Source: Glaucostegus cemiculus
Taxonomy: Eukaryota
Length of the DNA: 64,000 bases
Direction: 5' to 3'
Assembly: GCA_976551045.1 (NCBI GenBank)
Contig: CDPCPM010000026.1
Location: 14,508,001 to 14,572,000, forward strand
The notes under the pieces are model-generated. The model was not told the DNA's origin and did not search any database. It worked only from the letters and a program-made list of their open reading frames with translations. Position numbers and translations under genes: made by a program. Numbering within the stretch: the stretch's first letter is position 1; the number at the start of each line of letters is the position of its first letter. Shown one piece after another: positions 26,500 to 40,189 of the stretch.

Positions 26500-26750
26500 T
26501 GGGAGGTCAGTGAAGTTTTTCTCCCCTTGTTAGATCATGACTCATTCAGAAATCAGCTTGATTTAGCTGCCTTCATTTCATACTCCTTGATAGCCTTACT
26601 CAACTAAAAATCTCTCTTTCTTAACCAATATAGGATCAATATGCATTTAAGAATATATTCCAGATTTCCTTGATTTAATTGCAAAATTGTCTCGCTCTAT
26701 TTTAAGACTGTGTACCCTTGTTCCTATATTCCTAACAGAAGTCTTTAACC
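26500..26750 (-). mobile_element. Old CR1 3' fragment
   Basis: ttagatcatgact...catactccttgatagccttactcaactaaaaatctct...ttttaagactgtgtacccttgttc is antisense to the tail at 58810-58965. Confidence 0.55.
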
Positions 26751-27639
26751 ATTGTCCTTGTGGGTACTCCATGCACTTGGCATGTTAATGCACAGGATGC
26801 ACCTGGACATGCACAATGGCATCCAAAAGCATGCAACATACGTCAGGACACCATTTCTGTATAATTCATTAGCTCACCCACGAGTCTCATTAGGCAGAGG
26901 CCAATCATGCAGGCCTTCACAAGAGATGTATGGCCAGTTTTGCTGGGATTGGAAGGGGACCTACTCTGTCAGGTCAGAACTCATAGAATCCAGTACTGAG
27001 AATATGCCTCAAGTAGGTCCTGCAAGTAAGATACTCACTGCCCTACACAACGGTTTTGCTTTGGGCTTCCATCCAACTTTTAACCTGAATGTGACCCTGA
27101 ACCTCTCCATCATGTGATCACGACTTTAAGGTTACTTCCCATATTTAATTGTGAACCCAGTCCACCAATGCTATTCAGCTGTGATCCTACACACACAGGT
27201 TTTGATTCCACACTTTCCAAACCACTTGATAATGCTAACTTCACTCCAAGGCTTCAGTGAGCCTCTTATCCTCTCACACCTCTCGCACTATAACCAGCAA
27301 ACTAGGCCAATGACACACCTGGTTTCCTCTGAGGAAAAGGCCACTGAATAGGTTAAGCATGGGCTTCCATCCTTTTCCACTGCGCACTATGTCCTGGGTT
27401 TCAAGTGCAATAGAATTTTGCAGCTGCAGCCTTTATCAAAATACATTTGTTGATCTGCTACACCCCAAACATTTGACACCTCTGTTCAGATGCCAAAGAA
27501 TTTCTAGGTCACTGCGTTTAACATAGGAATCATCAGGAGTGTAACCATGCATCAACCGATGCTGAGCCAATGAAGAAATGTTAGGATAAGTGTGGTCAAA
27601 GTTGGAACAATCACAGTGGATCTTAAATGAGGAGAGGAG

Positions 27640-28325
27640 AGCTTACACTCTGATTATAACTCCCTGGAATCTAAATAATTGAGGATGACTTGATCCTCAA
27701 AGTCTAAAGGGGAAACACTATCGTGCGTGGGCTGCACGATAGTATAGCGGTTAGCGCAACGCTGTTACAGCGCCAGCGATCAGGATTCAATTCCCGTTGC
27801 TGACGGTAAGGAGTTTGTACGTTCTCCTGTGTCTGTGTGGGTTTCCTCCGGGTGCTCCGGTTTCCACCCACATTCTAAAAGACGTACGGGTAGGTTAATT
27901 TGGGGATTTAAAATGGGCGGCGTGGACTCGTTGGGCCAAAAGGGCCTGTTACCATACTGTAAGTAAAATTTTTAAAAAAAATTAATTAAAATGTTACTTG
28001 TGTTAAAGTTGATAACAAGATATTACTTCTTGCCTAGAAAATCTAAGAATAAGAGATACAGGCTATAAATTAGAGCAATGCCTTTCAAAAGTAAAGTTAG
28101 GAAACACTTCTACAAACAAAATATCACAGGAAATTTTCTCCTCCAAGGCTGACTGATGCTAGATCAATTATTAATTTTAAATCTACAAGTATTGGTGTTT
28201 GTTAACCAATGTTATTAAGTGATATGAGTGAATAGTAAATGTATGGAATCGGGTCATAGACCAGTGATAATCTCACTGAATGGTGGAAAAAGATCAAGGA
28301 CTAAATGACCTGTGCTTGTGCCTAT
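27640..28325 (+). mobile_element. Old CR1 3' fragment split by a V-SINE
   Basis: ttgaggatgacttgat (RGDLI-like) lies before the SINE. After it come ctataaattagagc...aaagttaggaaacacttctac and the tail atcaaggactaaatgacct. Confidence 0.6.
27729..27990 (+). mobile_element. Young V-SINE with CR1-type tail
   Basis: tRNA head (tagcggttagcgc; B-box ggattcaattccc), V-domain gtgggtttcctccgggtgctccggtttcc and tail ttgggccaaaagggcctgttacc. CpGs are largely retained. Confidence 0.9.
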
Positions 28326-28369
28326 GTGGAGTGAAAGAAATGGAGAACAGACAAGAAGCCACAGTTAGT

Positions 28370-28720
28370 AAATCTCTGCTTTTATTACCCACAATGTCAT
28401 TCTGACAGTTCAGTGCCAAGAATTGGCTGCAATACTCCAGATAGCGTCTCACTATGGCTCTGTACAATTGAAGCGTCACCTCCTCATTTTTAAAGTCTGA
28501 TATCTGAGATATAATAGGCAATACTTAACAAGTGTTTTCCATTGTATTCTGTACCTGTACATAAACTTTTAGTAATCCAATGTGGATGCCTACATCTTCA
28601 CCCCTTCATAATTCCAAGTCTCTTATCATTAAGAAAATATTCCCATGCGTCTTTTCAGAATGAAAAAGGCTGACCTCCTGCTTCTACATATAAAAGTCCA
28701 ACTTTTACAGAAAAAAACAT
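28370..28720 (-). mobile_element. CR1 ORF2 fragment
   Basis: Translation EEVTLQLYRAIVRRYLEYCSQF resembles CR1 LYKALVRPHLEYCVQFW. Confidence 0.65.
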
Positions 28721-31700
28721 TAGAGCTTGGAGTTTTTTTTATCCCGAGTACTTTATTTTTCTCCATTACCATTTTGTTTTTACATTTATTAAACCTACCT
28801 TCTCCATCCCCTTGACTTATTTTTAGGTTCCTTTCTGCCATTGTTTTATTTTGTCCTGTTCCCTCACTTGAAAGCAGTATTTAGCAAGCCTGCCATTTTC
28901 TAATTATCCATTAAAATCTTCTCAGCATTTGTCTTTAATGGGTCACATTCTAGTTTGACGCTTACCTAATATATTCACAGAAACTTTTTCTGTCAGGTTT
29001 ATACATCTCCAACTTCCAATAAATCACTTCGCTGCTTTTACAGCTCTGCTAATCCACTGGATTTTCAGAACAGAATCACAATTAAAGGATATCATTTTCA
29101 AGATAAAAAAATATCTGGCATACCAGACAGTGGCATAAACTGCATCATTCAATTGCATTATATCTGTATGATGCTCAGATAGACATTTACGCATCATACC
29201 AGTTGATGAGCATGACTATATAATACATGTGGTGCTCCACGGTCGTTCAATTGCTTCACACAGGTATGATACATGGTAAGCTCATCTCCTTTCCCTAATA
29301 CAAAACTTTTAGTATAGTACCCATATGAAGAAGTTCATAGGATGTTTGCATTTAATTGTTCAGTTTAAACACTTTTACATTGAAACATATTTTAATGATG
29401 CTTTGTCTTAAGGAATCACAAACTTGAAAGGACCAAGCCAAATAGCCACAAAGAAAAGCATGGAGACTTCCCACAAAGCAAAGGAAATAAGCTTTGTTTG
29501 CCGGAATTCTCCATAGGATATAACTCAGAGAAACCCTAAAGGATCCACGAGGCTCTTAGCAGAGTTTTTTTTAATAAATCCTAAGAAACCTATAAAATGA
29601 ATCGTAAATCCTACAGAATTTTTACAATCTCATAGCTCTTAGAACACCCAAGGGACTGAGCTTGGATGCCCCTTTCTCTCTTTCAAGTTGCTTTGTTTTG
29701 ATTTTCCTCCTAAAAAGCTCACAGTTCAAAAAATAATCAAGTATGTATAAATTCCAGAACCTTCACTCACCTGCCCTGACCCTAATATTTTATGTCAGTC
29801 TCGAAAATGTAAATTAAGATGTTACTCTGAATTTTTTAACTCCATTGAAATAATGATGGGCAATGTCTGCAGTGCTATTTAATAAGTATGATATATGTAG
29901 CCTGTGCAGGGTAAGAAAAATGCATATTATCTCCCTAAAACTAGACTTCTTGTCCAGCAGAAATGCATTCAAGTATGTAGTGATCTGGGGATTTATAGCT
30001 TCTTATCGCTACAAGTAGTAACTATAGTTTTATTCGTATAACAGCTTCATAGTTGAACATTTACAAAATCTTAAATGACAAAATTAATGTTCTGTGAGAA
30101 TAGTTGAAGTGTTCCACTAAATTGGCAGATTATGCAAAAAACTATTGAGAACACTGTTAATCATCTGCTCATGTCATTTACTGAAAGGGATCTGACAGCA
30201 TATTTACATTAAACACATCTGACTCGCTATTTCCTATGTGTTGTAAGCTTTTTTTTTGCCAGTAACACTGAATCATTCAAGTGATACTCGGCATGCAGAA
30301 ACTTGGGAGAGTGGGATGGTTTATAGATTGTTTGGGGTGAATACTGCTTTTAATGACTTCAACTCTTGCTGTGAATTAGTAACTGACTGCCATTCTGAAA
30401 CATGGTTAATTGAATAACAGCTGCTTTTTATACATGATATGAAGTGGTATTGCATGGTAATTATTGATTTTGCTAAAAAAAAATTGATGGCACAAATTGT
30501 CAAACCTTCTTTATCCAAAAAAAACATTAGAAGTAATTGGAAAACAAACAGGGAATCTGATTATTTTTTTTCCCCAAAATGGATGAACCCTCTGGCCATC
30601 AATACATTTGGATTATTGGAGCTACTTTCAAGAAAACATATGGGGTTCATCCTCAACCCTTTCTGCACCACCAGATAAATATGCTCATTGCTCGACAGAA
30701 ATGAAAATGCACTTTTCAGATTCTGCAGTCTGCCACTGCCAGAAGCATTTTCGATTTCCTTATGATGATTTTAATTTTTGCATTAATTTTTAGATCTTTG
30801 AAGGCTCCTCTTTAGCTGCAGGCTTTCCCAGCCCCTGAAGCTATTTCTTCACTAAATCCCACTGATTCCTTTCCCTGGCAGTGAAACAATGCTTGTAATA
30901 TTGGTGATATGTTTGGGAATTATAATCCGCAGCCCCTCCCTGTAGGAATGCACAGTTAACATCACTGTTGAAATGTGAACATGCAATTCTTATGTGCATA
31001 CTTTTGTATTACTTTAGTTTTAATTAAGGTATCTGTACTCTGGCATTCCCCTTGCCAAAGTGAAATCAAAATCTACACAATATAGGCCTCACATATTAGG
31101 TCTTCATCTAACTGATTACCAAAATAATCTAGTTATCTTGAACAACGGCCACTTTATTCAATCAATCATAACCTAACAATGAATACCCAGCTGTACAACT
31201 GTATCATATGGAATTGTAGGCTAGGGTAAACAGACAAGAATGGACCAATATCACATGTAAAATTTATAGTGACCAATTTCCTCAAGATCTAAGGTACTCA
31301 CAGGAGTTGGGGGTGAGGACAGATATGGCAATGCTGGATCTCTACCTTGAGGGAATTTTCTCTGGGGATGAGGCAGATTAATTCCTTCAGCATCCAGAAA
31401 GCCAGAAAAACAGAGAATGATGTAATTTGCCAAAATTCTTCTACTCTCATCTCCACTGCCTGAAGTGCACGGGACTCTGGCAAGAAGCCATTGTTCAATG
31501 CACTGCAGCAGGATAAGTGAGGCACAACACTATCCTAGGCCAGGGTGAAATCCTATGGGAATTAACTCCTGTCTAGTGCAAAGCCACAATTTAAAAATAC
31601 CCATTTGGTATAATAGAATTCCCATGAATTCCCTTAATTTATTTATTTTAATTTTTATAAAATTATAAGAAAACAAAAGACTCTTGCCTGCAATCATAGA

Positions 31701-32504
31701 TAATTAAAAATTATCACTGGGGAGCTAAAAGTTTGGGCCAGCACATATATGAGCAATTTCTTAATTGTTGATTTCAAAGGAAGGCGCAATTAGTCATATT
31801 AACCTGATCTTCTAATCAGTCACTGCACTCTACTGATAGCTCCATATACCTGCTTCTCTCATCTTCTCTGCACATTTCATCACCATCATGCATCATACAA
31901 TGCAAGGTGTAGCACTGCTTAATTTATCAATATTATTACTACCAAAGATTTTTCCTCGAAGAGTCACCTCACCCATACAAGTCCTGCAAACCTCCATATG
32001 CTGTTGAATCTCACGGAGGTCCAGGCTACAACCTCTTGAGTCTGGATCTTTAAGTTGCCTCATGGCAGCTGATTAAACAATTCAAAATTCACCTGCCTTG
32101 GAGAAATAGGGGTAAGGGGAACATGAATCTGTGGTGGTTGCTTTGATTTCTGTTTCTTTCTGCCAGAATCCCTCGTGAAATATGGAAGCTTGAGAAAATA
32201 CAGTGACACAAGGACACTTCAGGAAAAAAATAGCAACACTGAGTTTTAAAAATAACGTTAATAAATCACAAACTATATCAAAGAAACCACATAAAAGAAG
32301 TTGTCCCAACCAGTCAAATTTATCAGAAAAACAAATCAAACCTCTCAAACTTTCAGCAGAAAACTATTGAAAGCCACTAGCCTCTTCACTTACGGCATTA
32401 ATGACAAATAACAAAATGTGTATTTTGCAAAGGATGTGTTCTATATTGAAGGTCCAATATGTAAGTTGTTCTTAGGTAAAGTCAATGATTTTATTTAATA
32501 TCTA

Positions 32505-34005
32505 CAGTGGCATGCAAAAGTTTGGGCACCCCTGGTCAAAATTTGTGTCACTGTGAATAGTTAAGTGAGTAGAAGATAAACTGATCTCCAAAAGTCATAA
32601 AGTTAAAGATGAAACATTCTTTTCAACATTTTAAGCAAGATTTGTGTCTTATCTTTGTTTTGTGCAATTTTAGAGTGAAAAAAGGAAAGGAGCACCATGC
32701 AAAAGTTTGGGCACCCCAAGAGATTTGAGCTCTAAGATAACTTTTACTAAGGTCTCAGACCTTCATTAGCTTGTTAGGGCTATGGCTTGTTCACAGTCAT
32801 CGTTAGGTGATGCATATTTCAAAGCTTTATAAATACCCTGACTCCTCAAACCTTGTCCCAACTATCAGCAGCCATGGGCTCCTCTAAGCAGCTGCCTAGC
32901 ACTCAGAAAATTAAAACAAATGATGCCAACAAAGTAGGAGAAGGCTATAAGAAGATCACAAAGCCGTTTCCTCAGCTCATAATGTAATTAAGAAATGACA
33001 GTTAACAGGAACAGTGGAGGTCAAGTTGAGGTCTGGAAGACCAAAAAAACTTTCTGAGAGAACAGCTCATAGGATTGCTAGAAAGGCAAATCAAAACCCC
33101 CCATTTGACTGCAAAAGACCTTCAGGAAGATTTAGCAGACTCTGGAGTGGTGATGCACTGTTCTACTGTGTAGCAACACCTGTACAAATATGATCTTCAT
33201 GGAAGAGTCACCAGAAGAAAACCTTTCCTGCATCCTCACCACAAAATTCAGCGTCAGAAGTTTGCAAAGGAACATCTAAACAAGCCTGATGCATTTTGGA
33301 AACAAGTCCTGTGGACTGATGAAGTTAAAATATAACTTTTTGGCCGCAATCAGCAAAAGTATGTTTGGAGAGAAAAGGGTGCAGAATTTCATGGAAAGAA
33401 CACCTCTCCAACTGTTAAGCACGGGGGTGGATCGATCATGCTTTGGGCTTGTGTTGCAGCCAGTGGCACGGGAAACATTTCACTGGTAGAGGGAAGAATG
33501 AATTCAATTAAATACCAACAAATTCTGTAAACAAACATCACACTGTCTGTAAAAAAGCTGAAGATGAAAAGAGGATGGCTTCTACAACAGGATAACGATT
33601 CTAAACACAACTCAAAATCCACAATGGTCTACCTCAAGAGGCACATGAATCTCACAAAACTAGAAGCCTTTTGCAAGGAAGAATGGGCAAAAATCCCCCA
33701 AACAAGGATTGAAAGACTTTTAGCTGGCTACAGAATGCATTTACAAGCTGTGGTATTTGCCAAAGGGGGTGTTACTAATTACTGACCATGCAGGGTGCCC
33801 AAACTTTTGCTTCAGGCCCTTTTCCTTTCTTGTTATTTTGAAACTGTAAAAGATGGAAATAAAAAAGTAATCTTGCTTAAAATATTAAAGAAATGTGTCA
33901 CCTTTAACTTTATGCCTTTTGGAAATCAGGTCATCTTTTACTCACTTAGCTATTCACAGTAACAGATATTTTGACCAGGGGTGCCCAAATTTTTGCATGC
34001 TACTT
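32505..34005 (+). mobile_element. Tc1/mariner DNA transposon with IR/DR ends, defective, 1501 bp
   Basis: TA flanks at 32503-4 and 34006-7. Imperfect TIRs of about 213 bp (32505-32717, 33793-34005) begin CAGTGGCATGCAAAAG. The direct repeat catgcaaaagtttgggcacccc is at 32511 and 32696, with inverted copies at 33793 and 33978. Confidence 0.95.
32874..33785 (+). pseudogene. Tc1 transposase pseudogene
   Basis: Fragments MGSSKQL..GEGYKKI, RSGRPKK, WKQVLWTDE, PTVKHGGGSIMLW, QQDNDSKH, CKEEWAKIP..AKGGVTNY*. Several stops and frameshifts; the WPSQSPDLNPIE segment is absent. Confidence 0.92.
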
Positions 34006-37000
34006 TATGTAATACGATGCAGAATTGCCCAAGGTTACTGCTGATATGAACCCCGATAAAATGGTAAAATACAGTTAAAAATATCCCTGAAAAAATTATT
34101 TTCCCCTTCCCTTCATGCCTACCCTCCAAGTTCTGGCTATTTTTCACCTCTCCCCCTTCCACTTCCTTGGGCACTGGTGCCAATAGTGACACCTCACTAC
34201 TATCCAGCTGGAGATAGTTTAAGGCAGAGTTCATGGAATGAACAGCGACTAGTGCAAACAATTCTACAATATGAGTTGGAAATGACTCAGGAACCTTACT
34301 TAAACAGTTAGTAGGGATGTCTGAAAAAAGGCCCTGAATGCTTATGCAAATCAGGTGCAGGCCTCTGCTCTGCTAAGTTGGTTATATGTTCTACATCCAT
34401 AAAATGGGAGTAATGATAAACTTAGACTCTACAGTACTTAAATATAGGTATAAATGAAGTGAATAAACAAGCAAGCAAAACTCATCAAATTCATAGCTGA
34501 CATTGTTGTGTTTGGTTTCACCTCTGTGATACTGATTTTGCTGATGTGTGGCTTCTTATTTGTACGGCATAGTTATTAAATCAGTGCCCTATGCATGCAC
34601 ATCTGTTCTACCTGGTATCACAAGCTTCCAAATCCATTCAGTTGGGCTTCTACCTAATTTTAAATGATTAGGTATAAAACAGCTTATCCACTTACACAGA
34701 TTTAACATGACAGCAGTTCTAAACTTGAGGTTGTGCATCTTACCTCTCTCACCTCAGGGATAGCTGAACATTATCACAATTCTAAAATACATGCTGTACT
34801 GTTAAATTTGTTCCTGCTTTGGTCTATCCTCCAAGGCTCTGCTCATGTATCTCACCTTATTTGTTTATGGTTTATCATGGAAAATGCTGCCTCACACTCT
34901 CAGAGGTTTTCGTGCAAAATCTAAGGGCTTTTTTTAAATTAAATAATGGAGGTAAAGCTATTTATATCACAAAATGAAATACCTATTGACATTAATCGAC
35001 AATCTGCTGCTTCACAGCCTTTAACAAGAATATTCAAACTACTTTCAATTCGAGCAGAAGGGAGGGTCTTAAGTAAGGGGAAAGAACTCTCATTAAAAAT
35101 GCAAAAGGTATTTTCAAGCTCTGGAAAGTTGTATCACCTTCCCGCTCCATAAGTGACATAACATTACCCATTTATTAAAAAGAAATGAGACTGGATGGTG
35201 CAATGACATTTCCCTTCTGAGACTAGGGTTGGGATCTACCTACTTAATAGTCAAAATTGTGACCTATGTTTGAGAAATCTGAATCCAATTCTTAGTATGC
35301 ACCAGAAACAATATATCATTTGTGTGGAAAAGTAGCAGTGGTATATTTAGCCACAGGTCAAGGAAAGTTGTTGAAGCAGAGTAAAGTAAGTTCTACTCTA
35401 TGCCAGACTATGTGGTACTTGAGCTGGAACTGTTCAGCATTGATACTAGACAAATAAAGTGAGAAACTACCATTCCATTTTAATAAATAAATACACTCAA
35501 AAAATATCTCCAGTGGGCAAAATATCCTATTCTTTCTAATCTTCTAAGTGCCATTTTAGAAGACATTTTAACTTAGATATATTGGCATGTGTAGTGGTCT
35601 AACCTACCTACCTTGGCTTCTCAAGCACCAATCACATGCTTCCAAATGAGTTCCTTTTGCATGCACTATTCAAAGAAATGTGGCAGAGAATAACTATCTC
35701 CAACAAGAGAATGGAGCATAGTTCTGAAATGTCTTCATTCTAATTCTATCTTTCATTACTTAAGAGGTTTTCCAGGTGTTAGATTATTGCTCCTTGCCAG
35801 GTTTAGTCTTTGCCTTAACATATGTAACAGATGAAAAAATAGTTGTACACAAATTCCCTTTTGAACACGAAATCAATCATAGTTATAAATTACTAATTTT
35901 CTCTAATGATATTAAGTACTGGTATATTATTGCCAACATTATTATAGTTGTAATTGAATGGTATCACTTTGTTCCGTTCAGGCAACGGGTATACAATGGC
36001 ACATGTAACTGCACCCAGCAAACACTATAATATCTGCCACCATTATCCTCTCCCATTGTTAGTGTAGAGAATGTACATTTCTATGTGTGTTGGTGCTTTC
36101 CTCAGGCTCCATTGCTTGCAATGTTGTTTCTTAAGCATTAGGAAAAGGTAAGTCTGTGAAGGTATAAATAGGCACAAATATTTAGGTACAAAAAAATTGT
36201 TAGAATTGTCCTGTATTTGAACCAGGCTGATGACCTCCAGCAAAACATGTCTGCATAAATGGATGGAATGTTATCCTGCTGTCAACACAATAACACGTTG
36301 CAGTTCTAGCTTCATCTGTTCCAAGACATCAAACCCATTCTAAAGCTCAATCAATGAGAATAGGATGTTATTGTTCACTAAAAAGTAGAAAAAAAACCTA
36401 GCTGCAACAAGAGAAAGGTGTACAGTTCTGTAAATTATCTTCATTCTAAATCCATTCTTTATTATTTAATAGAATCTCCAGGTATCAGATTCTTGGTCCA
36501 TGCTTTGTTCTCTGAAATTAGCAACAATGAAGAGCTTATCACAACTCTCTCTTCTGATGCATTTGTGTCACATGGCCTGGCTCCCAGTGAACAACATTGC
36601 CCTTAGCCATGCTGCATCAAACAGCATAGTCCAGGAGCAGCCAGCCAGAGGCCTTGAGTTAACAAATTGCCCCAGTAATGGTAAACTCTTTTCCAACACT
36701 TTGAATAATTATGATTCATGTTTTCATCAAGTAAAAGGCTGAAAAAGTGTTCCCTCTCTTCATTTCCACACAATTCCAATTCTCTCTCTTTACCTCCTGG
36801 ACAGAATGATGCTGAGGAAGAAGTTTTTCCATGATTTTAATTAATGCAGAGTATGTTCAGAAAGCCTAATCCAGCAAGTATTCCTAATGTAGTTCTGAAA
36901 GATCATGCTGGCATATAGCTTTGACAAATTTGCCATCATTATCACCTTTAGTGTGCTGCAAACCTGGCTGTCCAAGGAAAAGGGTGTTTGAAGATCAAGG

Positions 37001-37289
37001 CTTTAGACATGGTGCAGATTTCATGGTCTACCAGGTAGTAGTGACTCCTACCTGATTATATCCTTCCAAGACTTGGATTATCTATGGCATGCACTTTAAG
37101 GCACGTGACCGCCACAAAATTCTTTAAATGCACAGGAAGAATAAGTAAATCACATAAGCACCTGCCTCAGGCCAACAGCCCCAGCACTGAGGACTTTATT
37201 ATACTTTGCTGGCCATGTTGGGCAAACCATGCCAATCAACTTTCCCACACAAAACTCCTGAAAAGAGAGTATATCTCAATATCGGTCAT

Positions 37290-37315
37290 AGAGAGAGAGA
37301 GAGAGAGAGAGAGAG
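37290..37315. repeat. (AG)13 microsatellite
   Basis: Seen directly. Confidence 0.95.
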
Positions 37316-37629
37316 CAAGTCAAGGATGTTCTCAAATCTTCTCTGAAAGAATAAACATCTCCACTGCCTTCTGGACCAACAGATCAAAGAGGGGAAGGAG
37401 CATTTGGAAAGACATTGAAAACTTAGAGTCTGTGTATCAGAAGCAGGCAGAAGTCTTACATAAACAAAGCCCTGCATGAACTCCTTCAAGTTCATAAACT
37501 ACCAATCCACCCATCCATCAGGTACCTCCTGCCCCATCTGAGGAAAAGTCTGCTGTTCCCATATTGGCATCTGAGTATTACAGAACCAGAAATTATCCTC
37601 AATCCCAAGGGAATGTTGAAGAAGAAGTT

Positions 37630-37882
37630 TTAATCTTAAAATTAAATCTGGCCCATTTAGGAGGGAAATCAGGGTGCAAGTAGATATATGGTACTCCTGG
37701 CACTAAAAATCTTTTAATGCTAGGTCAATTGGAATTGTTAAGATTGATTCTGTAAGATTTGTATTAGATAGAAGTAGTCATGGAATAAGGATCAAGGATA
37801 AGTAAATTAAATACGGATTAGCCATCATCTGATTGGATGCTTGAAGTGTTTTGAGGGGCTGAATATCCTACTTGTTTTCCTC
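37630..37882 (+). mobile_element. Old CR1 3' fragment
   Basis: aaaattaaatctggcccatttaggagggaaatcagg...tagccatcatctgattg...gaggggctgaatatcctact. Confidence 0.65.
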
Positions 37883-38200
37883 TTTACATTTTTCCAAGAA
37901 TTTTTGGTGGAACAGATTTTCTTTGTTATGGAAGACTTCAGGAAATATTTGGGAAATGTGTATTTTTCAACAATTTAAAATAGTAGATCTTGAATTGAAG
38001 GATCTCAGCTCATCACAACTAAGTAAATGATAAAAGAAATACTGTGTTATATTTTCCTCTGTTTGCTCCAAAGAAAAGTTTACATGAATGCAGAATAAGA
38101 AATAGTATTGGGAATATGTAGTTTCACAGGGACATTTGAAGCACACTACAAGCATAAACACACACACATGGACATGTACTCAGGCACGTGCATACACAAA

Positions 38201-38218
38201 CACACACACACACACACA
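38201..38218. repeat. (CA)9 microsatellite in a CA-rich patch
   Basis: Seen directly. Confidence 0.9.
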
Positions 38219-39164
38219 GCATTCAGAATTCCATTTTTCATTTATGCATATCACACTCCAGTGATGAGACAATTTCAACAATTTCAACATTTACATTATT
38301 TCCATGGATGGTTTGCTTACAGTTGCTGCTTTGCTGCTATTAGTGTAATGTGTATAGAAGATGGAGGATATCACCTGGAGTAAAAGGATCCATTTTCCAA
38401 TATACTGTATATGTATAATGTATTAATTGCAACTTCCTTTTGGAACAGCTTCTGTCTCCATCCTGTGTACATTACACAACCCTGAACACCAATTGCACAG
38501 CGCATGCTTTTGTGTACTTCAGGGTTGCTTTGTAAAGTAAAATTGATCATAATCTGGACCTTATGGTACATAATGAAACCATGGATTACATGCACATGTG
38601 ATCAAGCACGTTAATTCACGGTATTGCAAATATGCCCCACATGTGGCATTTACAGGAATGGATAGGATTTCTCTCCATTATCCAGGCAAGGCAAATATAT
38701 CATCATTGTGGAAGTGGAGTGCTCATCCCTTTGTCTGCCTCTAACGATGTTACTCTGAACCAGCCAGCGACTGACAGCAGTGGTTGTAACCGAGTGACAG
38801 CATTTTAGACAACATCATAGGTGCATTCTCGGTTGTGCATTCAATTGGTGAAGTTACACATGGTTAATGTGCATAATTGCATTATAGGTGGTTTACCAGC
38901 AGGAAGTTGGCATGGAAAGTACTGATAAAATCTCTCCCTAGCAGTACTGGAACAAATTGGTGCAGGTGCCCTACACAGCACTATTTCTATCATGCTTTCA
39001 AGCAAAAATGCATTTCTAAGCCAATGGCTTTCTTAAATTCAAATACAAATGCATTTTTGAAATAAAATAATATTTATGAAATAAGTAATGATAAATATTT
39101 TAAAGCTTTTGTAAATCTTATTTATCATTTTTATAAATCTTAGTGAATACAATAAATAGTTACA

Positions 39165-39545
39165 GTACAGAAACAGAAATGCGGGAAGAACCCAGTCAGT
39201 CAGGCAGCACCTGTTGAAAGAGAAACCAGTTTCAGGTCATAGGTCCTCAAAATAGCTGAGCTCTTCCATCATTTCTGTTTTTGTTTCAGAACCAGCATCT
39301 GTATTTTCCAAATAGTTACAGTAAATTAAATAATATGAATTATTAAAAAAGCAAACAAAAACTACAGATGTTGGAAATCTGAAATAAAAACATAAACTGC
39401 TAGGAATGCTCAGCGGGTCAGGCAGCATCTGTGAAAAGTGAAACTGAGTTAACATTTCAGGTTGTTGACTTTTCTGGGGAAAGTTTATTGACCTGAAATG
39501 CTAACACTGTATTTTATTTTCTACTGACACTGCCTGACCTGATAT
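39165..39545. mobile_element. Two adjacent fold-back Penelope-like remnants
   Basis: tcaggcagcatctgtg...gttaacatttcaggttg is mirrored by ttgacctgaaatgctaacactgt...ctgcctgacc. A second, deleted copy is at 39165-39310. Same family as 12263-12470. Confidence 0.65.
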
Positions 39546-40189
39546 TATATTATACCTAGGTGACAAAGTTGAAGGAGAAATGTAACAGGCATGAAACATA
39601 CAATATTACAAAATCATTAAATGTCATCTGGAACTCAATGTGTATGTTCCTAAAAGTTCAATATAATCCTGACATTCAATAATCTGTAATGAGAAAAATA
39701 TCTCAAATATTAATTCATGAATTTAAGTATCTTTTTGTCTACTAGGTGACTAGCTAAGGTGGATCTAAAAACACATTTTGAAAATGAATATGTGAAAAAA
39801 TAATGAATATATGGCATCTTTTGAAGTTTAAATGATGCCAAACTTTAACAACAGTTTTTAACCACTTTCTGAGATCTAGGGTGAAAGTGCTGTGTTAAGG
39901 AATCAGATGTGTCACTGTAAAGATATAAAACTAACAGTATTTGCCTCCTTACATCTTGAATAACAACTTCTAATATATTCACAATCAGACAGGGAAATCC
40001 AGAATCAATGATTTCCTTAGGGTTCCCTGGATCTTCTCCAGGGTAATTTTCAGGAACCTGATGAAAAAGATATTTATGAAATACTCTGGCTGGAAAATAC
40101 TCTGAAAATGCTACGTGATATCTCATCGAGCTTTTAATAACATTCTGGTGTAATTTAATGATATTAAACTGAAGTCAATTGCAATCAAA

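Noticed and set aside
27729-27800. tRNA gene
   Set aside because: The A/B boxes belong to a SINE head that continues into a V-domain and LINE tail. The same applies at 19572, 54920 and 59339.
30330-30900. Further enhancer-like stretches (also about 34930-35100, 41640-41950, 45200-45500)
   Set aside because: TAAT/TGACA words are present but not dense enough to distinguish from AT-rich background without alignments.
35290-35530. Possible very old SINE/LINE relics (also about 14440-14640, 47460-47600, 57330-57630)
   Set aside because: They look repeat-like but are too diverged to assign by eye; an HMM search is needed.
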